DNA of 64,000 bases from Chara braunii (GCA_003427395.1 BFEA01000016.1:3280739-3344738); one strand, 5' to 3'; shown: positions 38,990 through 52,698, numbered from the stretch's first letter. Notes: generated from the letters alone by a model not told the origin. Numbers and translations are program-made.

Positions 38990-40842
38990 AGATAACATCA
39001 GTTGCTGGCGTCGAGGGAAGGCTTCAGGTGACAATCATCTCTGCACAGCCAGCGAGTGTTGGAGGGATACGGTTTAGTATCCCACACCGGCACACCGTAC
39101 ATTGTGCATCGAGGGATCTCCACCAATCACTGTTGGTGAAGCTCAACAGGCACTGTGCGTCACTGAGGGGTGTGCAGTTCCTTCTAGACCAACCAATGAC
39201 AGGCCCGGATGTAGACGACTTATCTGGAATTCTCCTTGAGAGGCTCCCCCTCATCGAGCAGGTTCATCGAGAACGGCTCTCCTCGTCAGCTTCGTTACAA
39301 ACTTCCTTGGAGGGATGCACCGGTATGACGTCCTGCACTCGACTCCGAGATATTGTCAGTGGAATGCGGCTCAGCATGAGTAGTAACAGCAGCTCTAGCG
39401 CTTCATACTCAACCGCAGCAACAGCTGAGGCCATTTCACAGTGCCAGCACGTACCAAATAGTCTTGATGGGCAATCATCTTCAGCTGGAAATGACCAGGT
39501 GAGTGTAACAGCTGTTATGAGCACAACGACTGCATCCACTAGCACCACTATGGCAGGATCAATGGTGAAACCCACCACCAGTGTTGTGGGAGGAGGCCTC
39601 CACTCATTGAGCTTGAGTAGCTATGCTGCAAATACCAGGGTCCCAGTGGCCATGCCTAATGCAAGTGGGGGTAACTCATCATCGCTATCCGCTCATATGG
39701 TCAATCAGGAGGAAGGAGCAGAACAGGGCCATGGGAGTGGTTCAGCTCTTTCCTCTTCTGAAATCATTCGTGCCACAGCATCAGCAATGGTGGACTCTGG
39801 GGCCAACTCTTGCGGACAGGAGATTGTCGTTGAAGAGGTATCGGAAATTGCAGATGCTTCAAACGCTCCAATGTCGTATGCGGATGGGAGCTCCCAGCCA
39901 AGCGAAGTTTATGACCCTCCTGGGCCATGGCAGGAGTTGAGCGTCCACCCACTTTCAGGTGCAGCTGCCATTCTTAGAACACAGATGCAGGCTGGTGAGA
40001 GAGCTGGAAGGTGGGCCAGGGAAAGGGAGGAAGCGCTGGACAAAGAGTGGGAATCTGGCGGTGGGGTATGGATTAACGAGAGGCAAAGAGAGAGGGACGG
40101 TAAACATAACAGGGATGAGCCAGCTCGCCTTGCTGACGAATCCAGCAGATCAAGTCTTGCACTCAGCAAGTCTGCTCCAAGTCGGGACACAGGGACCAGC
40201 TCTGGCACCCCTCCGCTTCTGAGAAAGCTTTCCCGCAGACAGCTTCTTAAGCAAGGATCAAGCAGTGGAGGGAGTAGTAAATGTTTCACTCCTAGTCCTG
40301 AGACTGTCAAAGCGATGATGCGCAATGAGCCGTTGGCATTGCTGCGCTCCATCGAAACGATGGAAGATCCAGAATTGAAAAGCAGGAGTGGGAGTGAGAG
40401 TTGCAGCAGCAGCCGTGGGAAAGATACAGGCAGAGGCTGGGAACGACAGATTCTGCAAAATCTCATCTCCCTCAGGACACTGTCAAGGACTGTCAGTGAC
40501 ATGTCAGACCTCTGCAAACAGCTTTCGTCTGTCGTGTTTCTGTGTGAACATGTCCTGGCCAAGGTTCGGGCATGGAAGGATGAAGGACGGACTGATACTG
40601 ACATGGGTTTGCCAGAGGGTGAGCTCGAAGATGATGAGGAAGATGACGATGAGGATAATGAGGATGAAGAGGAGGTAGTGGCCTTGCTCCAAACTATGGT
40701 TGATGTGTGCCGTAATGCTGTGGAGAAGAAAGACATACATGCCAGGCTGTCTGCACTCACCGTGGTTGATGCATTGGGTCTCAAGCTAGAGGAGAAAGCA
40801 AAAGCCAGGCTTTATGCCCAGCGACGGCTGGAATTCAGATAA
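38990..40842 (+). CDS. VPS13: Probable terminal VPS13 exon: rest of the PH-like domain plus ~550-aa low-complexity and helical extension
   Basis: caacag| acceptor in phase 1 gives WHVKFG-EITSVAGVEGRLQVTIIS, in frame with the uninterrupted 604-aa ORF ending at TAA 40842. Confidence 0.7.
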
Positions 40843-43178
40843 CAATCATAGCATGGCCAACCCATCCAGGTTGGCAAGCCCATACAAGGGCACCTGTACA
40901 GTTTGCGGTGAACCTCCTAGGATTCAGAATTCAGACTGACAAGCCAAACGACCCTGACGCCCCGAGGCTGATTGAATGTAATCGACTCCACTGTGAGAAA
41001 GGCAGTAAGACCAGAAGCAGCAAGAGGAGAAAGAAGGGAGGGGGGGGAGGAGGAGGAGGAGGAGGAGAGGAAGATGAGGACGAGGACGAGGAAATGAGCA
41101 TGGTCCTGTCGTTTTTGAGGTAGAATTTAGAGGATTGAAACGTGTAGCCTGTTAAAGCATCCCTGGAGAAAGCGGGTGACCTGGACATCTAGCGAACGTA
41201 AGACAAAAACGGGGATATATATTAAATCGATTTCAAATGTCAATTGCCAAAATTGTCTGGGCATTGCTGGGGCTCTCAATTCAATGCTTTCTGTAAGCAG
41301 TGCACTGGGAAATTTGTCACCACGACTCACCAGTGATGTTTAGTCTGTATGTGCAAAGAGAGGACGAGGTGGGGACAAAAGGTAGATTAATAAGATTATG
41401 TAGTTCTCCGATCTTCGAGTTTGTAATTGACCATTGCCAATATTTGACTCCTTTGGCAGTAATTGTTCAATATAATTCCATTGTTTCAATATATATTTTG
41501 TTCGTTCAGAGATTCGGCGGATAACAGTAAGGTTATTGCCCACTCTTCCTCAACCGCACTTCGTCTGACAACAGAGAGGGGCACGATCAGTGAGAGGGGG
41601 AGAGGAGGCAAGACGGAGACGGGCTAGACAATTGGCTGTGGGAAAGTATGTTGCCTATCGTTCCCTCGAATAGAGAGTGAATCTATAGTGAGAAATTGAG
41701 AATCGTTTGTGATGACTGACATGGGGGATGATGCGTAGGTAGTTTCTTCAGAGAGGGCGGGTGGAAACGGTTTCATGCTGAGTTGGAAGGGTTAAGGTTC
41801 CTCGAAAAGTTTGCGAGCTTTCTTGGCGGAGGCTGGTGAAGCGAATGCTTGTCCTTTCGACAGATCCGGTGTCCATCAACTGAGCTGTCTTTTTTCTTTT
41901 ACACAAAAAACAAAACAGGCCCTTGTGGTCCTGGCTCTAATTTATTATGGGGAGCATAATCTGGTTCTTTTTCTGCCAGGAATTCCTGAATATTGAAGGA
42001 GGCATACTTCGATGCTTACCCCCATTATGACCTAGGGAACCGCCTCACAGCATTGATTGCTCCCAAGAGAGAGGGTTGGCTGCCTGAAAAGCTAAGCTTA
42101 CAAGTTGTGTGCCCTGAACATGAATGTCTTATAGATTCCTGCAAGCGCATTTTCACAGCTGGTCATTGTCTGACGATCAAATGGCGTCCAGAAAGTGTAG
42201 CCCCATCTCGTTCTGTTGTCTGCACTGGAAGCCTTGAAAAGCAGGCCTGATGCTTGCTTGCCCTTCACAGCAGGCAATGTCTCACTATACTATGACACTA
42301 TCCTTCTTCACGAGGGTTAACAATGAGAGTAAGTTTTTGATCAATTGAGAGGTTTTGCACCCATTCTTTAGGGTTCGACAGTTTGTACCCATTCTGCAAT
42401 GTCGATCACCCGATCTCCCCTTCTTCCACCCCCACACACACTTGGGGTCGCCATTCTTCTCCTTCATTGTTTTCTGGAATCTTGAGTGGATGATGCCATT
42501 CACAGCGCCTATTATTTCATGGGGTGGTTCTTTTCTTTCGTTTTTTCTGTGAAACCCTGCCTCTACAACAACCTGGGCACTTAAAATGAATAATAAAAAA
42601 AAAACAGCAGGTCCTTCTGGGCCTGGCTCCATATCCGTTCTGGGCAGTGTTGGTCCCCGGTCGGACTGGGGACCCCTCCCCTGACGGGGAGCCTCCCGGT
42701 TGGACCAGCCAGTCGCCCGTCCCAGTCGGCTCCCGGTTCGCCCCAGCGCATTTTTTCTGGGGGCGGGAGTTTTTTCTTGGGGGGGCCTAAGTTCTTCTTT
42801 GGTGCTCGTAGTCCCCACTGCCACTGGAAGAAACACGAACCGAGGCTGGTAGGCCCGTCAATGGGCAAGAAAAAAAGGTGGTCAATCTTGGTCGCTGATC
42901 CTTGTTGATCGGCGGACAAGATCGGCCGCAATTCATACTGGGAGCAGGCGCTGAACTTCGGCGCGAAAGCCTATTCCACCTCGCCACCCCGCTTTGAACT
43001 TTGCCTGAAGTGTCCCACCCGGCACCTCGCAATCCTGCCATGTCGTTCATCCGTTGGAGACGCGCCACACGAGCCCGCCATCATGGTCATTGAGTCACCC
43101 CGTGCTGCTCTCCACCGCGTGAGCTCGCCATCGCGACTCCAGGTGGGTGGGTGGGTGGGTGGGTGGGTGGGTGGGTGT

Positions 43179-43278
<100 letters not shown>

Positions 43279-43279
43279 N

Positions 43280-43370
<91 letters not shown>

Positions 43371-43597
43371 CGAGCTGCGACCCTCTTCTTCTTCTTCTTC
43401 TTCTTCTCCTCCTCCCCCTCCTCCTTCTCCTTCTCCTCCTTCTCCTTCTCCTCCACTACTTATTCCTCCTCTCCTATTCATCGTCATCATTGTAATATTC
43501 TTCTCCTTCTCCTCCTCCTCCTCCTTCTTCTCTTCTCCTTCTCCTTCTCCTTCTCCTTCTTCTCCTTCTCCTTCTCCTTCTCCTTCTTCTTCTTCTC

Positions 43598-45029
43598 AGG
43601 AGTTCTTTTTTGTGCTTCTCCAATTTCGTGTCGATCTTTCTCAACACTATTCTCCGTTGCCTTGTATCTTTCTCAACATCTTTATGTAATTCAAACAATG
43701 TTGCTAATCACAGGCCCAAAGAACCAGCCAGAGGAAACTTTTCTATTCACAAACGCCGACTTCGCTGCCTCAGCCCCCAGCCGCACCCTTGGCCATGTTC
43801 CGTAGGTTAGCCCCCCCAACAGTGCTCCTCTAATTCTGTGTTGATCTTTCTCAACACTATTCTCCATTAACTTGTATCTTTCTGTAATTCAAACAACGTT
43901 GCTATTCACAGGCCCAAAGAACCAGCCAGAGGAAACTTTTCCATTCACAAACGCCGACTTCGCTGCCCCATCCTCCCTCACCCCCCAGCCGTGCCCTTGG
44001 CCATGTTTCGTAGGTTAGGCCCCCCAACAGTGCGCCTTTAATTCCGTGTCGATCTTTCTCAACACTATTCTCCGTTGCCTTGTATCTTTCTCAATATCTT
44101 TATGTAATTCAAACAACGTTGCTATTCACAGGCCCAAGGAACCAGCCAGAGGAAACTTTTCTATTCACAAACGCCGATTCCGCTGCCCCTCCTCCTCCTC
44201 CTCCTCCTCCTCCTCCTTCTGCATCTTCTTCTTGTTCTTGTTCTTGTTCTTCTTCTTCTTCTTCTTCTTCTTCTTCTTCTGCTTCTTCTTCTTCTTCTCC
44301 TTCTCCTCCTTCTTCTCCTCCCCATCTCTTAACTATCTGTTTTCCATACTCTTCCCCAATCCTCTTTTAATCTTTCCCTAGATTGCTGCTTACTAAAGAA
44401 CCTCCCCATCCAAATGTGGGTCATCATCTACCTCCTCTCTAGAGACCCTCGTAGAGCCAGAGCTCGTCAATGTTCTTACGCAGGAGTTATTTTTTGTGCT
44501 CCTCTAATTCCGTGTTAATCTTTCTCAACACTTCTCCGTTGCCTTGTATCTTTCTCAACATCTTTATGTAATTCAAACAACGTTGCTATTCACAGGCGCA
44601 AAGAGTCAGCCAGAGGAAACTTTTCTATTCACAAACGCTGACTTCGCTGCCCCATTCTCCCTCACCCCCCGGCCACACCCTTGGCCATGTTCTGTAGGTT
44701 AGCCCCCCCAACAGTGCTCCTCTAATTCCATGTCGATCTTTCTCAACACTACTCTCCGTTGCCTTGTATCTTTCTCAATATCTTTATGTAATTCGAACAA
44801 CGTTGCTATTCACAGGCCCATGATGGGAAAAAAACCGGTCCGGATCTTATCTTCACTAATGATGTGTTTGATGGAGTGGAAAGAAAGGTACAAGGGGCGT
44901 ATTTGCTTTGGATGGATGTCTGAGTGGTTGAAGGTATCCGTCTTGAAAACTGACATGTTACATATTCACAAACGCCGACTTCGCTGCCCCATCCTCCCTC
45001 ACCCCCCAGCCGCACACTTGGCCATGTTC
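43598..45029. repeat. Tandem array of ~200-220-bp units (about 5 copies), interrupted by a microsatellite and a foreign insert
   Basis: Recurrent CTCAACACTATTCTCCGTTGCCTTGTATC...TATTCACAGGCCCAAAGAACCAGCCAGAGG...TTGGCCATGTT...GTAGGTTAGCCCCCC. Confidence 0.9.
44910..44953 (+). pseudogene. trnS: 5' half of an organelle/bacterial-type tRNA-Ser(UGA)
   Basis: GGATGGATGTCTGAGTGGTTGAAGG...GTCTTGAAAAC resembles plant mitochondrial trnS-UGA through the anticodon arm; variable arm, T arm and 3' acceptor strand absent. Confidence 0.65.
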
Positions 45030-46574
45030 GAATCGGGTTTTGCGGCGGCGTCCCTTCGCGAGAAATGCAGCGTTGTGTGTAAGTGTGCACAGTGGTTGCG
45101 TCCCTCACCATCGACACATGCCACGTTGCAGGCGTCGTTCGGCATAGTTTTGCGACAAGAGCGATGTCATCCCAAAGGCGGCAGCTTTGCAGAAGTCTCG
45201 TGGGGACGACAATCGTCACGGCAGCGAAGACACGTCATTCCTATCGAAGTGTTGGCGATGGAGGACTGCGGAGAGGTCGGGCGTGCACTGTTGACACCGC
45301 CGGAGAGGACAGTCGTGGCGGCGGCCATGTTTATTGTTGTTCTTCGTTGTCAACAAGAGAGGTCCTTGGGGCGAATGAAGGCGCATTTACGTGCACATAA
45401 GAGAAGGACATGGATGACAGCCCCGAATATATGGTGACTTTGGAGGCTGTCATTCAATTGTGCTACGCGTTGGGTTGCGACATCATTCCACGAGCGAAGT
45501 CGAGGTGGTGGATCAAATGCAGGACGGGGGGAGACATGGGAAGACCTTGGACAATGTGACGATGCCACGTATTACGAGGAGCAGCAGAGGGAGCCTGCGG
45601 TACAGGTCGGCCATGAAGGGCACGGTGGAGAGGGCAGCAATGCAAAGTCTATTGTCGGACGTCCAGCAAAGGGTGGCGGAGAGGGCAGCGAAAGCAAGAG
45701 TCTTGTCAGACGTGCACACGCGATGGCGCGCCAGGGAATACAACGCTCGTGTAAAAACCCCAGGCTCTTCCATCGACGGACTGAAGGCGCCGTTGGGGAA
45801 AATATTCAAATTTCATAACCATTGTGGACGTTCCTCGAGCGCAGGAGACCGCATGACGCCATTCGAATATGACGACGCCACCCGACGGAGGTCGAGCGCC
45901 AACAGTAACCGTTGGAGCCCGTTGGGGGACTACACAAACATTGGAGGGCGGGATGTTCGTGCTAACACCGTCGAACCACGCCACCAAAAAAGAAAACTCT
46001 TCGTCGACGCATGTTTTCGCCACTCCATGAATCGCGGTTCAGTTGGGGCCACAAGGATGCCACAAGGAGGAATTTTCCTTGTGGTGTTTTCACTTCTTTT
46101 TTTTTCAATTTCATCCCCAAGGACAAATGGAATGAGCGCGTCCTTGTGGATTTCACGTCTACGAGGAGTGTCTAACGACGCTTATACTCACACTATAACT
46201 TTCTCGAACTCAGCTATAGACACGATTAGGGTCAAAAGCTCATATGCATAAGATAAGGACATCAATGTTAGTATGCCCTTAGCCATCTTTTAAAGTCATT
46301 TTTGGGAGAGTTATAAACGCGTTTCAACTTCCTCAGTTTGTTGCCTTCACAATGTACCCTACCAATGTACAATCTCGAAGACTTTTTTGTTTAGTTAATT
46401 ATATCTTACCCTACATTACCAAAGTGGTTCATGGCTATTTGTCAGACTAAGTCAAAAGTGGATTAAAAATGTATATTTTTTCAATTATATTATGAATTTA
46501 GTTAAAATCAAAATTAGAAAAAAAAAATTTAAGAGGTTTATTCTTTTGTATTATACAAGTCGGATATTATGAAA

Positions 46575-49160
46575 ACCCGAGGTACTTTTGAGGTAACCAA
46601 ATCCCGAACACACGTCGGGATATAACTACCATACCCCAAAAATAACTTAGTAAAATTTTCAAGCCCCGAAGCGGGTTTTCGGTAATGAAACGCACCCAAA
46701 AAATGACTAAGTAAAATCCCGAAACCTTGACATGCGTTTTCGGTAACTAAATGACAAACACATGTTGGGACATAATTATCGCACTTAAAAATGACCAAGT
46801 ATAATCCCAAAATCCTGAAGTGCGTTTTGATAACGAAATCTCAAATGCACGTCGGGATATAACGACATAGCCTAAAAATTACTAAGGATAATCCTGAAAT
46901 CCCCAAAGCACGTTGGGGTATAACTACCCACAAAAAAAAACTAAGTAAAATGTGAGTGGCGGATGACCTAGTGGTTAGGGCACCGTTTGGAAATGCACAT
47001 TGTGGTTGGAGGTTGCGGAATTAAAACCCCGCAGCCCCGTGCATAGGCCGCCGACAAGGTGTTAGATTGACGCTCTACCACTCACACATTGAGCGTGCAT
47101 GCAGTCAGGGGGAACAAATGTTAAGGTTGCACAGACATGATGTGCGATCCACCTAAGCCCTACACATTCTGGGCCCTTAGGAACGACGGTGCGCCCTTCC
47201 CTTTGGGGTTGTTGGAGGCCATAACGGGAGATGACTTCGGGATGAGCAGGCTTAATGGGGATGAGTATAGGAGGAGTGAAGGGTTTGCCCCCTTCCTAGC
47301 AGGAGCAACCCTTATCCCCACAGCACGTGGTGAATGTTGTGCATTTTAGCCTCCTGGTCGGGTGCCGTAGGGATGTAGGACCCCGAGTTCAAAGGGAAAT
47401 GCACCCTGTCGCAACGGTGTGGTAGCTCCGGTACAGGCCGATACTCCCAGTGTGTGGCGACGTTTCTCTTTTCCCCCCTCTCTGAGTGACCCGGCTTGAG
47501 TGATTTTTGAGTGAGTGGGTGGGTCCGTTGTGCCGATAGGTTGGCTGAACCCAGCGCATGAAGCCTCCTCCCGGACTTCCTCCCAGAGTCATATCCTCGA
47601 CACCCCACAACTTTTAAAAAAAAAAAAAGATAAAAGGAAAACCTTGAAATCTCGAAGTGCATTTTAGGTATTGAAATTTCAAACGCATGTTGGGATATAA
47701 CTACGCAGCCAAAAAATAACTAAGTAAAATCTCGAACCCCTGACGTGTTTTCGATAATGAAATCTCGAACGTACCGCGGGATAAAACTAGCGCACCCAAA
47801 AAGTGAAGTGTGTTTTCGAGGCGAACGCACATTGGAATGAAACGACACATCCAAAACACTACTAAGTAAGATCTCAAAATCACGAACATGCGTGGGGATA
47901 TAACTACCCACCGAAAAAAATAACTACGTAAAATCTCAAAATCTCGAAGCGCATTTTCGATAACGAAATGTCGATTGCACATCGAGATATAGTTACCCAT
48001 TAAAGAAATGACCAAGTAAAATCTCGAAATCCCAAAGTGTGTTTTCGGTACTGAAATCCCAAAGACACGTCTGGGTGTAAATACCGCATACAAAATTTCG
48101 TCAGTCGTCTAAATACAATTTTGAAATCCTAAATTTCGTCAGTCGTCTAAATACAATTTTGAAATCCTAAAGTGCACTTTAGGTAAAAGCAACCTGAATG
48201 CACGTCGAGGTGTAACTACCCACAAAAAAAAAAAACAAGTAAATCTCGAAACCACGAAGTGCGTTTTCGAAAATTAAATCCCGAGCGCATTTTGGAATAC
48301 AACTACCCACCAAAAGAATGACTGAGTAAAATCATGAAATCCCGAAGTACGTTTTCAGTAATGAAATCACGAACTCATCTCATGATACAAGTACCCACAA
48401 AAAAACATAACTAAGTAAAATCTCAAAATCTCAAAGAGCGGTTTCAGTTTCGAAATGCTGAAGCACATCAGGATATAACTACCCACCCAAAAAAATAACT
48501 AAGTAAAATTTGAAATCCCGAAGTGCATTTTTGGTAAAAAGAATATTTTAAACGTACGTCAGGATAAAACTACCTACCCAAAAAATGATTTAGTAAAATC
48601 TTGAAATCCCAAAGTACATTTTTGGAAATGAAATCCCGTACACACACCGGGATATAACTACCACACCCCAAAAAGACTAAGAAGAATCCCGAAATCTCGA
48701 AGGGCGTTTTCAGTAATTGAATCTCGAACGCATGTAAGAATATAACTACCGCGTCCAAAAAATGACTAAGTAAAATTTTAAAATCTCGAAGTACGTTTTC
48801 GGTAATGAAATCATAACTGCACGTCGAAATATAACCACCGCATTGAAAAAATGACCAAGTAAAGTCTTCAAATCTACAAGTGTGTTTTCATTAATGGATT
48901 TCGAAAGCGTGTTAGGATATACCTACCCACCAAAAAAATGACTAAGTAAAATCCCAAAGTGTGTTCTCGGTAATGAAATCCCGAACACACGTCAATATAT
49001 AACTACCACACAAAAAACAAAAGTAAAATCCTGAAATCCCGAAGTGCATTTTCGGTAATGAGATCCTGAACGCGCGTCGGGATATAACTACCCACCCCAA
49101 AAACGATAAAGTAAAATCATAAAATCTTAAAGTGTGTTTAAGGTAATGACATCACGAATA
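46575..49160. repeat. Degenerate ~84-bp tandem repeat array
   Basis: Approximate consensus ACTAAGTAAAATCTCGAAATCCCGAAGTGCGTTTTCGGTAATGAAATCCCGAACGCACGTCGGGATATAACTACCCACCCAAAAAATG, roughly 20 copies, AT-rich flanks. Confidence 0.9.
46951..47630 (+). mobile_element. Long SINE-like insertion in the 84-bp array
   Basis: Interrupts a unit after CTAAGTAAAA; tRNA-like head GGATGACCTAGTGGTTAGGGC with a degenerate B-box region; poly(A) at 47615-47628; array resumes afterwards. Confidence 0.6.
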
Positions 49161-50020
49161 TAAAATTTTGAAATTATGGTGTTATTTTAGGCTAGGCTAT
49201 CAGTTGCGTTGTCCGGGTCACCCTATTTTCTTGAGTGGGCCGGCAACGCAAGGACCAAGGTAGGTTTACTGTTGTCCGACGTCATATCGAAAATCTTTAG
49301 CAAATTTAAAATAAAAAAATTAAAAAAAATACAATTATAATTTGCAAATAATTTTATTTATTTATTTTTTTTAAATGGGCTTGGTTGGGCAACTGATCCC
49401 ATCTTTGATCAGTTGTCTTTTGTGCTTAATGTCCAGGGAGAGTCGCCCTAGTCTACAATCCAGGGCTTACAGGAAAGGGTTTGTCTCGCGACCTCTTCCC
49501 TGTTTCCTGGTGAATCGTGTTTGCTCGACATCATTCTTCACCAGGCTTTGAGGGTGGGAATTCAGTTTGGATTAGACGTTGGGGTGGAAGGTGTGTCAGG
49601 CTCAGTTGGGGTTTTTCTGCGTGGTCTGCCTGATTTGATTGTCCAGTCTCTTGCCATTATCTAGAAAAGACCTCTCATATTCGGGGGGGGAGTTTATCGG
49701 TGCTAGATTTATGATGTGGTCTGAGGCCATTTTGGTCCGTGGTAGGAATTGTTTGATCAGGATCTTGATAATCCATTTCATCTACAGTGCTATGGGTGAG
49801 TAAAGCACACAGCACAGAGATAAAGTCCGTGAAAGTGACAAAACTTTATGAGGTAAGAAGCAAAAACCCAAGAGGTCGCAACAACGACAACTTGAGAACT
49901 CCCTTCTCCTCCCNCCAGTCTTCTCCCTCTTTANACACCGCCCCGAACCTGGGAAAGTCCCAGGAGTCATGTCAACCAAAGAGGACTAAACACTAGTCTA
50001 AAGCTTCTATATATAGTAAG

Positions 50021-52311
50021 CTAGAAAAAATCATCACACAACAAACTGGCCGTCAGTTTCCAAACGTGGTCCCGATTCCTCGCGAAGTTGCTCAATGCCT
50101 TCGAGAAGAACTGGTTGCAGAAGTCCTTTGCTCGGTACTCCCTTCTGAGCGTCAAAACCTGGCCCAGAATTCGATCACGAATCGTAGTATTCCAGTCAAT
50201 ACGGTAAAGCCAGCCCATAATAGAGGCCAACTTCTGCTTTCTGCAGGACTAGGACCCAAAATCCTGACCGGTTCGAAAAACCAGGATGGAAGAGGCCCAG
50301 ATCGTCGATTCATTCTTAGTCTTTTGAAAACAGCCCAGGTATGGGAAGGTCGACTTCACTTTCATTCCGCACATAAAAAAATCCGAGGTTTCTGAGCCTT
50401 TCATCAGTCCTCTTCAGGCTCAAGGCACTTGGGTAGCAGCTTTCCAAAGCCTTACAAATCTTGTTTGCCCTGACCATGGTACGTACATCCCTTTTTCGGT
50501 AAGCCAAAAAGATGGATACGTCATCCATGAGTCGCACACCATATACCAGTCTCCGGTCATGTCCCAAGGAGACCAGAAACCGCAACTCAGCATGCGCACA
50601 CATAATGCATGCGAGCGGTGGAATGGTGCTCTTTCCCATTGGGATTCCAAGGACCTGTCGTAACATCACATTCGTTGTTGAGGTATAGGTGTGGGTCAAT
50701 TTAAAATCCACAAAATTGTGTATTTCCGTCAAAGTGACTTCCCACCAACCTGCATACTCCATTATTCCAAAGGAAGCGCCCTTCCCTCTTGGATTCACCC
50801 GAATTACCTCCTTATCACAAAAACATCCCAAAATCCAATCCAAAGCAAAGCGAATCTCGTGCTTCGGCAGCCTACTAAACATATCCTTTATGTCATAGGA
50901 GGCTGCCATTACCTTCGCATCACGGTAAGATCGTTTCATATATGAGTTAACTTTCCTCAATCTTTCGGCAAGGCTCCCTACACTATTTAAATTGAAATGC
51001 GATCCATCAGGTAAGGAATTCAGAAGCAAATTAAGGGGTTTTCGCCACTTTCCTACAAACATGGTTCGTTGGTTCCTCATAGGTCGGGCATATAGGCCTA
51101 AAGCGAGACAAATCTTTCTACTTGGGAAGAACATATGCACGACCTACTTTCCCATTTGCCTTTCACTTTCCCAGATTCTCCAAACCCCTTCTCTTGTAAT
51201 CTGCTCGTACCTCATTCCAAATCCGTGCCTCCTTCGTAGTAGTAGCTATATATCTAGAGTTCTCAACAAAAAACTCATTCATAGCATCATAGTACAAACG
51301 AGGGCACATCACAACAATCTCTCCTGGATTACGGTCCACGGGCGTGAACACCAACGTCTGAAAACGCGTTCACAACTCTAGGACATCCTCCAATGGAATG
51401 TCACCAGCCTGCCTGGAAGTCGCATTGAAGCAACTCTCCCCATCTTCCTTGCTAACTGATACCAGAAATTTTGGCCCTGGTCTCCAGTTCGAGAAATTGT
51501 CCATGATCTCCTTCGTCAACTGCAACACTCGGTGAGACTGTCGGGCTCGGGGTATGTTATTCGAGTTCTACATGGCACTTGGAATCCCAACAATATCATT
51601 CAAACGACATCTGACATGACCTTCAACTCGAGGTAAGTCGTAACCCATGCAAGTGTAGGCCTGCACATCCTTGATGGCGACCTTACGATGATTACATAGG
51701 ATATCAGCGATGGATCGGTTCTTCACCCACACCGCCCTGACCTGTTTCTTATAGATGTCGCTTACAAAACTCGGGAAATCCAAGCTATCGATCTTATTGT
51801 CACACACCCTCACACGATCATCAAATTTCACACGTACAACCAACTGAGAAAACAAATTCAGACAATACCCTTTCTTAAAAGCCACATACAAAATTCTTTT
51901 CAGGAACTCTCTAGTAGTTTTCTTACTAAACTCCTTGGCCAACCCTACTAATTCTAACAAAAAACATAAATCCCTCTGGAATAGCATGTGTCGTTTCTGA
52001 GGGAGTCGGAGAATCGTTGTGAGAAAGGAGTGTAGACATTTAGAGTGTTTTTTTCGCTTTTTCAGATGCAGGAACTGAATTTTCTTTCCCTTCTCAATCC
52101 AACTCTTACATTCCTTAAAGCGACAAATCATCCCTTCAACTTTCACATCCGAGTTTCCAAACAGCCTATGTATTATTTTCCATTTATCACACCGCACTGT
52201 TCCACCCTCTGAAAACAAATTAAATCTACGACTACCTTTCTTCTTCGCATCACACAACACTTGCAAGATTTTCACTGAAACGGTTGTCGAGTCTTCGTGT
52301 CTAACCCTCAC
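50021..52311 (-). pseudogene. PLE reverse transcriptase region (stops and frameshifts)
   Basis: DRNPGEIVVMCP, SYDIKDMFSRLP (motif A), QVLGIPMG (motif B), VRLMDD (motif C), thumb region ending at 50021. Confidence 0.88.
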
Positions 52312-52431
52312 TACTTCCGTACTCCCATGTGGTAGTACTATCCTGCGTTGTCCTTTCTTTCACTCTTTTTTTCCCTTCCTTCCCTTTCTCCTCTGCTTTT
52401 TTTTTGTCTTTCTTTTCCCTGGATGTCACTG

Positions 52432-52698
52432 TTAATTCAGACCAGGACACCAAGTACGTATGTATAAGGCCTCCAAGCTGATAAGTGTATCCGCATGGTC
52501 TTGTCGGAAGGGCATCAATATATAACCCTGAACTCCAAAATTTCCTGGCCACCGATGAAAGTGGGTTGAAGAACTATCAACCTCTATCGACTTCTTCCTG
52601 CGTTCCGACCAACGAAGATTAAGTGCCCTCTCTGTTTTTCCAATATAAGTAGCTTTGCACCAGGGAGAGATACCTAAGTAGACAACAATTAGGATCAT
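52432..52698 (-). pseudogene. GIY-YIG endonuclease domain
   Basis: VVYLGISPWCKATYIGKTERALNLRWSE...LEALYIR. Confidence 0.85.

Noticed and set aside
45460-46251. 263-aa ORF
   Set aside because: No recognisable motif; GC-rich sequence with open frames on both strands
46575-49160. CRISPR-like array
   Set aside because: Contiguous degenerate units without unique spacers, eukaryotic context, no cas genes
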